Source: a virus. Taken from it: a stretch of 64,000 nt of DNA. The notes beneath the pieces were generated by a model. That model was given only the letters and a program-made list of their open reading frames with translations. It was not told the DNA's origin and searched no databases. The position numbers and the translations under genes are program-made. The stretch's first letter is position 1. Each line of letters starts with the position of its first letter. Below, one piece after another: positions 37,726 through 47,426 of this stretch. The stretch lies in IMG/VR virus record IMGVR_UViG_3300042566_000678, positions 32,001 to 96,000 of that record. One strand, written 5' to 3'.

Positions 37726-37767
37726 TTCTAGCTGAATTATTTTTATCTTATTTGTCCAACTTCCTAA

Positions 37768-38307
37768 CTAATCCTCATCCCATTCATAGTATCCCGTATA
37801 GACATCCAATAATTTCTTCTTAAATTTACTCACATCTTTTATATCATCTATGGATATGGTACTCCAATTATCACTATCATAATCCTCCAACCTATACAAT
37901 CCTTTTGAGTGTTCTTTTCTTTGTAGTTTAATATTCATCTCCGATGGACAATCCTCATATCTTCCACTAAAATCCCCATGTATAATAAATGTATATTCAT
38001 CCTTATCTTTATAGCATTTATGTATATTCGGCCATGGGTGATTACTATCATCATCCAATAGTTGATTTTCTAACTTACTAAAATTTTCGATATTTAACCT
38101 CATACCCTTTCTTTTAGGTTTAAGATTATACTCATCTAATAACTCATCTATAAGCTCTTTATCCTCATCAAATATATCTTCCCCATCAAAAAATACTTTC
38201 TTAACCCACCCATAGGTTTCTTCATCATCACCCTCTACCATTTGGATAATATCATTTATGGCGTTAGCCCATAGCATCTTTTGTACTTCTCTTTCCGTTG
38301 GTTTCAT
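37768..38307 (-). CDS. Two-domain protein: acidic N-terminus plus MLTIxN-family domain
   Basis: Internal MRLNIENFSKLE...W...YTF...LQR...YRL...IKD. Confidence 0.6.
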   Translation of the reverse strand: MKPTEREVQKMLWANAINDIIQMVEGDDEETYGWVKKVFFDGEDIFDEDKELIDELLDEYNLKPKRKGMRLNIENFSKLENQLLDDDSNHPWPNIHKCYKDKDEYTFIIHGDFSGRYEDCPSEMNIKLQRKEHSKGLYRLEDYDSDNWSTISIDDIKDVSKFKKKLLDVYTGYYEWDED

Positions 38308-38339
38308 TGTATGTTTATTTTATTATCCCTAATTTATTT

Positions 38340-38681
38340 TTATACCCCAATCTCCATCAACTGTCCTATTCTCTTCAATAGGGTATCCTTATCTCTTATA
38401 TCACTTGCCATCATATTCAACGTTTCTCCTCTACCATCTCTCAATGTGTATATTGGTGTGTGCGGCATTGAATCCCATATCCCCCCATGTCTAACCAATT
38501 GGACCTCACTCAACCCTACCATATCCTCATATTCGGTATGTAAATGAAAAGTATATAAATCCTTGTCCTCTACCACTCCGTTTATCACACATTTGAAAGC
38601 TCCATTCGGAAATTTTTGAGGTATTTCACACTTTACGATTTTATCCACATTATGGATTTTAATGGTCCTCGTCCCTATCAC
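38340..38681 (-). CDS. MLTIxN-family paralog
   Basis: TIKIHNVDKI...YTF.L...LVR...YTL...IRD. Confidence 0.6.
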   Translation of the reverse strand: MIGTRTIKIHNVDKIVKCEIPQKFPNGAFKCVINGVVEDKDLYTFHLHTEYEDMVGLSEVQLVRHGGIWDSMPHTPIYTLRDGRGETLNMMASDIRDKDTLLKRIGQLMEIGV

Positions 38682-39007
38682 CCTATTTGATTCTTATCGT
38701 TTTCATCAAACTCTATATTAAAGAAATCATCCTTTTTAGTTATCATCATCTCTTTCGCATTTTTAGGTGTAACGCTAGGTGAAATGTTAGGTACAATGGA
38801 TTGTTTATCCCTATCCCTCTTATCCAACTCATACCTTATGGTATCCCACAACGGATATACAAATACAACACACACAAATCCAACCAATCCCACCGCAAGG
38901 ATATATCCCACAAATTGAGGATAGTTTTTAATTGAATAGATGATACCCCAAACCCCACCTATTATGGCAGCCGTCCATAGAGCTGCGATTATACCATTTT
39001 TACTCAT
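38678..39007 (-). CDS. Two-TM membrane protein
   Basis: Two hydrophobic helices. Promoter at 39029-39060. Confidence 0.55.
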   Translation of the reverse strand: MSKNGIIAALWTAAIIGGVWGIIYSIKNYPQFVGYILAVGLVGFVCVVFVYPLWDTIRYELDKRDRDKQSIVPNISPSVTPKNAKEMMITKKDDFFNIEFDENDKNQIG

Positions 39008-39143
39008 ATCTTTATTGTTTATATCTCACTAATATACGAAATTATTTTCATAAAACCAAGGGGAAAGCATAAAAACTGAATCAAGGTAACTATCAAAAAA
39101 ATTAGGTTTCGACTCCGTTTCCTACCCCCGCCCCTCCCCCACG

Positions 39144-39731
39144 CTAAAATGGGTTATATGATGGGTTATGTTTTGTTGCTTGAATCATTGCTTTCTCATA
39201 CTGACTGAAAATATGCTCAACAAAAAATTCTTTACTCTTTAATACTTTTAGTGGTACTTTAGACCAGGAATACCCAACTGGTTGTTGTTTTTTATATACA
39301 GGTCTTACATCTTCATACCTTACCACCATCCTTACATACTTACCAATATTTTCATCCAATGGTGAGTCTTTATCCTCTTCTATTGGTTTGTATATCTTTA
39401 CAATACCACCACCTTGTGGCTTCGGACTTGAGAAACTCGGTAACAAATTAGATTGTTCTGTTATCGTATATGGGTAGTACTCTTCTTCAGGTGCCAATGT
39501 AGTGAATACAGAAGATGGTTTTAAAGATAGTGTTACACCATTTATCACCTTCCTTGCATTCAACTCCTTATAGTTATGCAGTTTGATATTCTTTACCCCT
39601 GGCTTATCTTTGATGTGGGCTTGGTATTGGTCAATTGCTTCCATTAGTTTTTGATTACTACTATCTATTTTGTGTGCTATTCTATCAAGTGTTATAGCAC
39701 GCATTATATCTGCGTATTCCATTGATTTCAT
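39144..39731 (-). CDS. Hypothetical protein with a possible internal MLTIxN-family domain
   Basis: Internal IKLHNYKEL...YY...LKS..F. Confidence 0.45.
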   Translation of the reverse strand: MKSMEYADIMRAITLDRIAHKIDSSNQKLMEAIDQYQAHIKDKPGVKNIKLHNYKELNARKVINGVTLSLKPSSVFTTLAPEEEYYPYTITEQSNLLPSFSSPKPQGGGIVKIYKPIEEDKDSPLDENIGKYVRMVVRYEDVRPVYKKQQPVGYSWSKVPLKVLKSKEFFVEHIFSQYEKAMIQATKHNPSYNPF

Positions 39732-39952
39732 ATCTCCCCAAAATATTGTGCCGTTACTGCTATGAATACTCGCATTATATTTTCATCTACCTTACCCTCT
39801 GCTCTAACAAAATCCATATAGATTTCCGCAAGGTATTTAGTCATCTCACTCTGCTTATCTATGTTATTGGTTTTGGATTTCTGAATCATCTTCATCTTCG
39901 CCTCATATCCACCATGCTCATAGAATTGGTTGAACTTATCTATTATAGTCAT
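39728..39952 (-). CDS. Hypothetical protein
   Basis: 74 aa ORF. Confidence 0.45.
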   Translation of the reverse strand: MTIIDKFNQFYEHGGYEAKMKMIQKSKTNNIDKQSEMTKYLAEIYMDFVRAEGKVDENIMRVFIAVTAQYFGEI

Positions 39953-39964
39953 CCGTTTATCTTT

Positions 39965-40246
39965 TTAATATGGTTTCCAACCATTTCGTTTTCTTTCCTC
40001 ATCTTTTAACCTTTGGTATTCCCTTGCGTTCTCCTTATCTTTCAAATAATCTCTAATTGGTAGTGAAATCACAAACACCATACCAATCAATAATATGGTA
40101 GTTAGCACATAGGGTAAGTAATCACCCAATAGAACTCCAATTGTCAGTATTACTAAAATTATACCAATAACAGCCATTACCATTAACGCTGCAATTCCAA
40201 TTGCGGTGATGTTTCTTTTCCAAACGTGTTTTGTGTATTGATTCAT
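39965..40246 (-). CDS. Two-TM membrane protein
   Basis: Two hydrophobic helices. Confidence 0.55.
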   Translation of the reverse strand: MNQYTKHVWKRNITAIGIAALMVMAVIGIILVILTIGVLLGDYLPYVLTTILLIGMVFVISLPIRDYLKDKENAREYQRLKDEERKRNGWKPY

Positions 40247-40248
40247 CT

Positions 40249-40752
40249 CTAAAATTTATATCCAACTCCCAAACCTATGGTTGATATTTTGGAAACCTGA
40301 CATTCTGTTCTAATCATTCCCTTTTTGTCTTCTCCAAAATAAAAATCAATACCAACCCCAACATATGGTTTTTGATATTTTTTATTACCAGTTGTAGTAA
40401 TGTCCTGTACAAACTGTCCACCAGCCGAAACAAACACATTTGCATTCTTATTGTTGTTTATATTAAACATAGGAACGAATACTCCTAAATTTCTAAAAGA
40501 ACTACTAATTGTATATGTATTTCCGTTAATAAAGTTTGTAGCATCCTCATCACCCAATGTCATCCCACGTTTAAACTCAATACCCACTTTTCCAAAATTA
40601 ACCCACCCACCATAAATCATTGATGGATTCAAACGATTTGTTGTAAAACCACTTACTCCACCAATTGTATAAATTACTTTCTGATTGGTTTTGTCTTGTC
40701 CATACGATACGGACGATAATAATAATCCTGCAATTACTAATAATTTTTTCAT
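40249..40752 (-). CDS. Putative outer-membrane beta-barrel protein
   Basis: Signal peptide, Gly/aromatic alternating strands, C-terminal GLGVGYKF. Confidence 0.65.
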   Translation of the reverse strand: MKKLLVIAGLLLSSVSYGQDKTNQKVIYTIGGVSGFTTNRLNPSMIYGGWVNFGKVGIEFKRGMTLGDEDATNFINGNTYTISSSFRNLGVFVPMFNINNNKNANVFVSAGGQFVQDITTTGNKKYQKPYVGVGIDFYFGEDKKGMIRTECQVSKISTIGLGVGYKF

Positions 40753-40850
40753 AACCTTTTTTTGTTTATTTCTTTGATGTCAATCTACCGTAGATAACAC
40801 CCACTAAAAATACAGATACTATTGTACCTATCATTACTAACTCTACCACA

Positions 40851-41387
40851 TTATTTATGTTTTTTTAAGAAAAATACCAATGTCAATCTACTATTTTCTT
40901 TTGTATCCCCAAACGGATTTGTTGGTCCATGTAGTATATCGGCTGGATATATTACCATTGTATTATATACATTCTCTGCTTCACCAACCTTATTACCTTC
41001 ATCATCGAAAAATGATGTCCCACTATTTTTTGGTGGGTTAGGGGTTAAATACACTAAACCTACTATCCTAGAATCATTACTATCGTAGTGCTTTGATGCT
41101 TCCTCAAAGCTTTCAGTAGTAAAATTAGCTCTTACCTCCTCCGATGTTATATGGAAATACAATTCCATTTCACCATATTTAAAATTAGGTATTCTAAATG
41201 AAACTTCTTCAACTATCATTCTCTCTAAATCAACCCCAGCCACTACTCTGTTTGTGGGATTAACTCTCATACCCCGCCAACCTTGCGTTGGTGATGGACC
41301 ATCAAAATCCATATTTAAAGCACACTCTCTTATCTCATCTGGATTATCAAAGAAATTATCTATCTTATATACCTTTACTATTTCCAA
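40851..41387 (-). CDS. 2OG-Fe(II) oxygenase-like protein (DUF6445-like)
   Basis: IDNFF.NP..IR, HYD, YL.P, GT.F, H and RL motifs. Confidence 0.75.
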   Translation of the reverse strand: MEIVKVYKIDNFFDNPDEIRECALNMDFDGPSPTQGWRGMRVNPTNRVVAGVDLERMIVEEVSFRIPNFKYGEMELYFHITSEEVRANFTTESFEEASKHYDSNDSRIVGLVYLTPNPPKNSGTSFFDDEGNKVGEAENVYNTMVIYPADILHGPTNPFGDTKENSRLTLVFFLKKHK

Positions 41388-41925
41388 TGATATTATTATC
41401 TTTTATTGATGCAAAAAATGTTAATGCTAATCTACTATCCTCATTGGTTTCACCAAATGGATTTGTGGGGGCGTGGATTATATCAGCAGGGTAAAATACA
41501 AATCTATTATACACATTTTCCACCTCTCCAATCTTTCTACTAACATCGTCAAAAAATGATGTACCACTATGCGGTGGGGGTTCTGGTGATAAATAAACTA
41601 CACCTGCAAAATGTATTACTTCGCTATCGGTGTGTGATTGTAGATAATCAAATTTATCACCCATATCTCCCCTTACACTTTCAGGTAATAAATGAAATAC
41701 CAATCTTAAATCAAAATCAGGTACATCTGGCAACCAACCTTTAACTTTATCTTTTATATAAGTTTCTATGTTAATTTCACCAATTTCAATATCCAAATCT
41801 TCGGTTCTTAAACCCAACCAGCTTTCATCCGTATCCGGCGTTCTATATGATTGAGCAAGAGCACATTCCCTAATTAAATTTGGGTTCTCAAAAAAATTAT
41901 CACATTGTAGTGCTCTTACTTGCAT
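41365..41925 (-). CDS. 2OG-Fe(II) oxygenase-like protein (DUF6445-like), tandem paralog
   Basis: Shares SGTSFFDD...GE.ENVYN....YPADI.H.PTNPFG.T.E.SRL with its neighbour. Confidence 0.75.
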   Translation of the reverse strand: MQVRALQCDNFFENPNLIRECALAQSYRTPDTDESWLGLRTEDLDIEIGEINIETYIKDKVKGWLPDVPDFDLRLVFHLLPESVRGDMGDKFDYLQSHTDSEVIHFAGVVYLSPEPPPHSGTSFFDDVSRKIGEVENVYNRFVFYPADIIHAPTNPFGETNEDSRLALTFFASIKDNNIIGNSKGI

Positions 41926-42409
41926 ATTGTTCTCTAATTTTAGTTCCACTTATTTGTGCTATATCAGCTGGTGGTTCGTGGTATATTACATCGTACCCAA
42001 CACCTCTACCATAGTTTACTGAATCAATATCAGGTATGATTGAAACCATTATTCTATCTTTGTTTTTAATAAAAAATGTTTCATCTAGCAAATCTAGCCA
42101 CACCCTATGTGAAGTTTTAGGATTGTTTTCATCCGTAGGTACATCCCTAATAGCTACCCATACATTTTTTCCCTTTTCCAATTGTTGGTTTATTAGCCAC
42201 TCATGTCCTTCATGCCAATTTTGCCACCTACCGATAAATAAACTATACTTTAATTGTGTTTTAGGCATACAACGATATTTTGTAGTAGGTCCTTTGGGGG
42301 CTACATACACAAAATCATCATCGCCAATGGGCTCGAATTGTCTGAATGGTTTGTGTTCTTTCTCAAACTCATTTAAACGATTGTTTATATCCTCTAAATC
42401 AATTCCCAT
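41900..42409 (-). CDS. Cytidylyltransferase-like nucleotidyltransferase
   Basis: FIGRWQNWHEGH (HxGH) and ISGT.IR motifs. Confidence 0.8.
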   Translation of the reverse strand: MGIDLEDINNRLNEFEKEHKPFRQFEPIGDDDFVYVAPKGPTTKYRCMPKTQLKYSLFIGRWQNWHEGHEWLINQQLEKGKNVWVAIRDVPTDENNPKTSHRVWLDLLDETFFIKNKDRIMVSIIPDIDSVNYGRGVGYDVIYHEPPADIAQISGTKIREQYASKSTTM

Positions 42410-42411
42410 AG

Positions 42412-42678
42412 TTATTCACCTAAATACTCTTTTCTATAATATGCCTCATCAAAATAATACAATCTATACTCTTCCAAATAATTTTGTAATTTACACAAAT
42501 CACACCCATCAATAGTCTTATCTTTGATGCTTGATTCACTATGTATAAAATCTAAATCATTTATTTTTTGGATGAATGATTTAGTGCTTTCAATACAATG
42601 TGGTTGTATTTCATCAAACTCTCTACTATGTAATGCTGCTATAAATTCCTTAAATGTATATTTTTTTTTAGCTTCCAT
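42412..42678 (-). CDS. Hypothetical protein
   Basis: Start moved to MEAKKK. Confidence 0.45.
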   Translation of the reverse strand: MEAKKKYTFKEFIAALHSREFDEIQPHCIESTKSFIQKINDLDFIHSESSIKDKTIDGCDLCKLQNYLEEYRLYYFDEAYYRKEYLGE

Positions 42679-42679
42679 A

Positions 42680-42988
42680 CTATTTTTTTGATTTTTTCTT
42701 TGTTGCTTTTTTAATTGGTTCAACTACCACTTCATCCACTTGCTCTGTAATTTCCTTTGGTATATTTAACTGCTGAAAGATGTGTTCGTTTTCCTCACTT
42801 CTCTCCAAATTAACCAAATCGTAATCATCATCCTCTACCATACCCCACTCTGGTCTTTCCCATAGTTCTTTGACAAGATTCTTAATATCCTCTTCTTCAG
42901 GAGCACCTTCCCAAACACAAATGTGCTTTACCAATACTCTACCATCTTCCTGATTCTTTGTTGCAATCGTTGCGTATTTAACTTCCAT
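42680..42988 (-). CDS. Hypothetical protein
   Basis: Acidic, with a basic tail. Confidence 0.5.
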   Translation of the reverse strand: MEVKYATIATKNQEDGRVLVKHICVWEGAPEEEDIKNLVKELWERPEWGMVEDDDYDLVNLERSEENEHIFQQLNIPKEITEQVDEVVVEPIKKATKKKSKK

Positions 42989-43144
42989 TTCTATATTGTT
43001 TTTAATAATTCTCTTAACTCTTTTACTCTCAATCTACCTTCTGCATATTGGTCATCATCGGATGCTCTGTGTCCGTTTAGGTTGGCAATCGTTATTTCAT
43101 ATTCTAACTTAACCAACTCCGATATTATATCATTAAAATCCATT

Positions 43145-43591
43145 CTATATTGTTATGTATTTTCGTTTTATTCTACCAGCACCTTTGTATCCTTTCTTAT
43201 ACTTTGGTTCATCTAAATTACTAATCTTCACACCTTCTGCTCTATTGGCAGCGTGTACTATTTGGTTATTACCTATGTATGTACCACAATGCCAACCCGA
43301 TGGTGATATTCTACTTCGAAAGAATACCAAATCACCAAAAGATAAACTATCTCTATCAACCCTATCGGTTTGTATCCATTGTGTTTGACAATTGTTACCC
43401 AATCTAATATCAAATACCTCCTTATATAGGCGTTTGTTGAATTGTGAACAATCTATACCTCTTTCAGTAACACCACCTAACCTATACGGCTTACCCACCC
43501 AATGCTCTATAAACCTATTCATAGTTGAATCAGTTGTTTGTGCAAAGGTAGGTAAACTTAATAATACAAATATACTAAATTTTTTCATCAT
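43145..43591 (-). CDS. NlpC/P60 peptidoglycan peptidase
   Basis: GKPY.LGG....GIDCS, GDLVFF, HCG.YIG and HA motifs. Confidence 0.9.
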   Translation of the reverse strand: MMKKFSIFVLLSLPTFAQTTDSTMNRFIEHWVGKPYRLGGVTERGIDCSQFNKRLYKEVFDIRLGNNCQTQWIQTDRVDRDSLSFGDLVFFRSRISPSGWHCGTYIGNNQIVHAANRAEGVKISNLDEPKYKKGYKGAGRIKRKYITI

Positions 43592-44208
43592 TCACAAATA
43601 AATCTTATCTTTCTTTCTATTGAATCCTTTTCAATCCTAACAAATAATTTTGATGTTGGTATCTCTTTTGTTATATGAGCCACAGCAGTAATGGTTATTG
43701 TATCTCCCTTCATATAGTATATTGGAGCAACCATAGTATTCACACTACCATCCGATGATGATGGATACGATGAACCATTTACCGTTGGAATTAATGAATT
43801 TGATTGAGACTTAAATGTACCCAATTCAGCTGTTGTCAGTTTTCCTGTAAATGTGTTAAAATAGGTTTTATATACTACGAATAAATTAGTTTTATTATTT
43901 AAAATCCAATAATGAGAACTTTTCCATTCTATTTTACAATCAACGGGTGATGGAATTGGATTTGGTTCACCATTCCACAAAAATTTTCCGGTGATACGGC
44001 TAAATGTTTGAAAAGTATTTTCTGATAATTTTAGATGATAGTATCCATTTATATCCTTTGGTAAACTCCTAGTACCAAATCTATTTAAAGCAGAATCCAA
44101 TTGGAATGTAAAATTGTATGCAGGTGGTTTAGGTACTATATATTGCGGCTCTTCGTAGCAAGATATTAATCCTAATAGTATCGGTAAAAATAATAGTAAC
44201 TTTTTCAT
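43588..44208 (-). CDS. Putative lipoprotein
   Basis: Lipobox LISC after the signal sequence. Confidence 0.65.
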   Translation of the reverse strand: MKKLLLFLPILLGLISCYEEPQYIVPKPPAYNFTFQLDSALNRFGTRSLPKDINGYYHLKLSENTFQTFSRITGKFLWNGEPNPIPSPVDCKIEWKSSHYWILNNKTNLFVVYKTYFNTFTGKLTTAELGTFKSQSNSLIPTVNGSSYPSSSDGSVNTMVAPIYYMKGDTITITAVAHITKEIPTSKLFVRIEKDSIERKIRFICE

Positions 44209-44552
44209 CGTTCATTTACAAAATCATCTAGCATCTCATTTAATGCCTTTATAATATTATCACTACTCTCTAATGCTTTCTTTTTTATACCCAAATCCTT
44301 TCGTTTAACCCGCCCATCATCAAAACGTTGTATGATATGGGTGTCATAAACTGGTGTTTTATCGTTTGGAAACTTTGGGTCTACATCGGTTCTTTTGTTT
44401 CTAGCTATTCCTATGTATATTGGTACATTATGAAACTCAAATGCATACTCTACGAATATCCTATATGCCAATTCGTTTTCTTCGATGCTTTGTATGTACA
44501 ACCTACCTTCGAAATACCCATTCAGTTTATCAAAATTACTTATGGTTAGCAT
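44205..44552 (-). CDS. MLTIxN-family paralog
   Basis: MLTISNFDKLNG...YRI...IAR...Y. Confidence 0.75.
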   Translation of the reverse strand: MLTISNFDKLNGYFEGRLYIQSIEENELAYRIFVEYAFEFHNVPIYIGIARNKRTDVDPKFPNDKTPVYDTHIIQRFDDGRVKRKDLGIKKKALESSDNIIKALNEMLDDFVNER

Positions 44553-44890
44553 TACAATTCCACCCCCCTTATAATTTCTTCAACACATTTTAATAGTATA
44601 TACCTATTTTCTATATGCTTTGTTCCTACAAACATTTCGTCCAAAGATACCCAATTATTTGATGCTTGCCATAGTTTTGTTTCTAAATGGTATCCGTGTC
44701 CATCAACTTTGTTTCTATTGAGTGATACCTCTATAACAGGAAATTCAGATGGATTTGGTTTATTATAGAAAGCTAATACATATGCTTCATCGGAAGAATA
44801 TGTTTCCGTTGCTGTCCACATACCAAAATCAAAATAAACAGTATTAAGTGGTTCTTCTAATTTATGAAAGTTCTTTATTGTTAGAGTCAT
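44552..44890 (-). CDS. MLTIxN-family paralog
   Basis: MTLTIKNFHKLE...W...YVL...LNR...YHL. Confidence 0.75.
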   Translation of the reverse strand: MTLTIKNFHKLEEPLNTVYFDFGMWTATETYSSDEAYVLAFYNKPNPSEFPVIEVSLNRNKVDGHGYHLETKLWQASNNWVSLDEMFVGTKHIENRYILLKCVEEIIRGVEL

Positions 44891-45467
44891 ACATTTCTAA
44901 AACATAGTTTATTACTACTCTCCTATCTGATAATTTTGGTGTTGTTGATGTGTGAACTCGATTTGAATCAAATAATATACCAGTACCACCTTTTGGGGTT
45001 TGTCTATAAATTTCTTTTAGTTGGCTTATATTATGTTCGTTTCCATCTAAATATGTATCAAACAATATAGTATCACCATCCGAATCATTTACATAATAAA
45101 CAAATGATAATAGATTTGGTCCAGAATAATCTATATGAGGACCATTATAAAAATCATTTGGATACGAAGCATCGCCAACCATAAGGTTTGCTTTAATACG
45201 AATTACTTTTTTTATTTTACTACCAGCTTCCTTTTCAATTATTCCCAGCATTTCTGAAAAATAATGGTAATATATACTTTTTTGTTGCTTATCAATCAAT
45301 ATGGTATGCGTGAATTGTGGCATATCTTTGGTTTTTGAATCAACAACAGTACCATAATCTCCTTCAAGCAATGTTGCACCATTCCAATACCAATCAAACT
45401 CCGAACCAAGCATTAATTCTGCCAAAACATCGGCATATTCCTTATCTATTTCTATTCTTTTTACCAT
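44862..45467 (-). CDS. 2OG-Fe(II) oxygenase
   Basis: PHID, YYVNDSDGDT, H and RVVIN motifs. Start MVKRIE. Confidence 0.8.
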   Translation of the reverse strand: MVKRIEIDKEYADVLAELMLGSEFDWYWNGATLLEGDYGTVVDSKTKDMPQFTHTILIDKQQKSIYYHYFSEMLGIIEKEAGSKIKKVIRIKANLMVGDASYPNDFYNGPHIDYSGPNLLSFVYYVNDSDGDTILFDTYLDGNEHNISQLKEIYRQTPKGGTGILFDSNRVHTSTTPKLSDRRVVINYVLEMYDSNNKELS

Positions 45468-45762
45468 AATAATTTTCAAATAAATCCATAAATCCACTAA
45501 CTATGAAAGAAACATCGTTTGAGGTTTTAATGTGCGATGGTATAAATTGTGCAGTATCTTTATATTTTCCATAACTGAAATGGATTTCATAAAAATTACT
45601 ATGTTGATTTCTATATATCATTATATTACCACCTTTCTTTTTGTGGTTAAACATAATTTTATATACACCATCCAATACTAATACATGGGTAATAATAGAA
45701 CCCATATCGGTTTTTTTACCAATTAAGGTTTCAATCGTTGGAATTATCAGTTTCTTGCTCAT
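45442..45762 (-). CDS. Possible divergent MLTIxN-family paralog
   Basis: LIIPTIETLIG...YKI.F...IYR...YEI...IKT. Confidence 0.45.
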   Translation of the reverse strand: MSKKLIIPTIETLIGKKTDMGSIITHVLVLDGVYKIMFNHKKKGGNIMIYRNQHSNFYEIHFSYGKYKDTAQFIPSHIKTSNDVSFIVSGFMDLFENYYGKKNRNR

Positions 45763-46121
45763 TTAATTTCTTTTTATGTTCTAACTCTTTTATTAAACCT
45801 TTCACTACTCTATTGGTATTTCTAACGTGTAGGTATATTAACCAAGCTGAAATACCGAACCAAAATAAATCTAATACCATTTCCATATTACATATCATCA
45901 AATAGCCAGAACATTATCCTAACTACTATTATTAAAATTACAATTATTGTTCCAAATGTTATATAAACAGGATTTATCATCCTACATAAATATCAGTTAT
46001 TCGGATTCACCAAATAAATCATTTCCTTTGTAATTGGGATGATTTTTTTTCATATTATCCATACCACCTATCCACAACCAGCATATTGGTGCCAATATTA
46101 CTAATATAATTACAATACCTA

Positions 46122-46457
46122 TCATTTCCAAAATATTTGAATTATTACTACACACAATGCTAAAGCGATGCAAACTCCTGTTTTTATAGTTAGGGGTTCT
46201 CTAAAAATAATCCAACTCATAAGAGAGAAGATTATGATACCAGCTGCCTGTCCAATTAACCTACCAGGCCAAGTTGCGCCAGTTGCTTCGTTGATTAAGC
46301 GAGTTGAATTGATGAACAAATAACCAATTGGTAATCCACACAACGCCATCAAAGTTGGGTTCTCTTTAGCCCATTCCCACTTACCTTGTCCTTGCAATTG
46401 TAGGAACGAGATGACTTGAGCAATAATAATCAAGCCTAATCCGTTTATAATTTTCAT
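46122..46457 (-). CDS. Small four-TM protein (DMT/SMR-like)
   Basis: Four TM helices, F.EP.T motif. Confidence 0.55.
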   Translation of the reverse strand: MKIINGLGLIIIAQVISFLQLQGQGKWEWAKENPTLMALCGLPIGYLFINSTRLINEATGATWPGRLIGQAAGIIIFSLMSWIIFREPLTIKTGVCIALALCVVIIQIFWK

Positions 46458-46478
46458 ATGTTTATAATTTATGTTTAA

Positions 46479-46685
46479 CTAAAAAAATCTGTTGAATCTC
46501 TCCTTCTCCTTTTTGGGTTTCTTCTTCTTTGGTTCAAACGGCTGATATTTTGATTTGATTTCAACCGATACCGGTCCATTGGTGAACTTTGAATAATCAT
46601 ATTTCCATATCATTATCGAATGTTCATCTTCATAGATTTGCTCAAACTTTCTGGGAGCTGTTGGTTCATTACTTATCTTTGCCAT
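46479..46685 (-). CDS. Hypothetical protein
   Basis: Start 46685, right after the promoter at 46690-46721. Confidence 0.5.
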   Translation of the reverse strand: MAKISNEPTAPRKFEQIYEDEHSIMIWKYDYSKFTNGPVSVEIKSKYQPFEPKKKKPKKEKERFNRFF

Positions 46686-46722
46686 AGAACAAATATACAA
46701 AATTTATTTGACAAATCCAAAT

Positions 46723-46752
46723 AAAAAAGGTACTATTTCTAGTACCTTTTTT
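46723..46752. terminator. Intrinsic terminator
   Basis: AAAAAAGGTACTA/TAGTACCTTTTTT inverted repeat. Confidence 0.75.
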
Positions 46753-47003
46753 TACATATTCATCCACTTTAATTTCTTTTTGTAGATGAACTTTTTGATT
46801 TTTTCTTCGTTTAATGGGATTTCAAACTTATTGTTTGTTTTAGTTAGCGGGATGAATATTGTTGTATTTGCCTGCTGATTGTATAGAATTTTTGGTTTAC
46901 CCAATTTTTCAAAATAAGTTACTCTGTTGGTATCTACACCCTGTCCAACTGAACTGATTGATACTAATAATAAAATACATAACTTTTTCATAACCTTTTA
47001 TTT

Positions 47004-47426
47004 TTATTTACCTGTACTACCAAATCCTCCTATTCCTCTACTACTTTCACTCAACTCATCCACCTCTACAATCTGAATAATTGGGTGTGGTACGATGATT
47101 ATTTGAACAATCCTATCACCTATCTTATAAAACTCATCTTTAACACCATTCTTATTAAATGTTGCCTGCAATTCACCTCTATATCCAGCATCAATCACAC
47201 CAACACAATTGGATAGAGTTAGACCCGTATTACGGATTGATGAACGAGGGAATATCAACCCAACCATACCATCTGGTATTTCAATGGCTAATCCTGTCCC
47301 ATATGTTATTTGTGATGGCGTTTCACTAATGATTTCAGTTGCTACCAAATCCATTCCAGCATCGCTTTCTTTGGCATACTTTGGTTTAACTGCGTTTGGG
47401 TGTAACTTTTTAATCTTTACTTTCAT
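47004..47426 (-). CDS. dut: dUTPase
   Basis: AGMDL, PRSS, GVIDAGYRGE, DRI.Q and RG.GGFGSTG motifs. Confidence 0.95.
   Translation of the reverse strand: MKVKIKKLHPNAVKPKYAKESDAGMDLVATEIISETPSQITYGTGLAIEIPDGMVGLIFPRSSIRNTGLTLSNCVGVIDAGYRGELQATFNKNGVKDEFYKIGDRIVQIIIVPHPIIQIVEVDELSESSRGIGGFGSTGK

Noticed and set aside
39100-39120. GGTTTCGACTCC as a tRNA T-arm
   Set aside because: No pairing T-stem or acceptor stem nearby.
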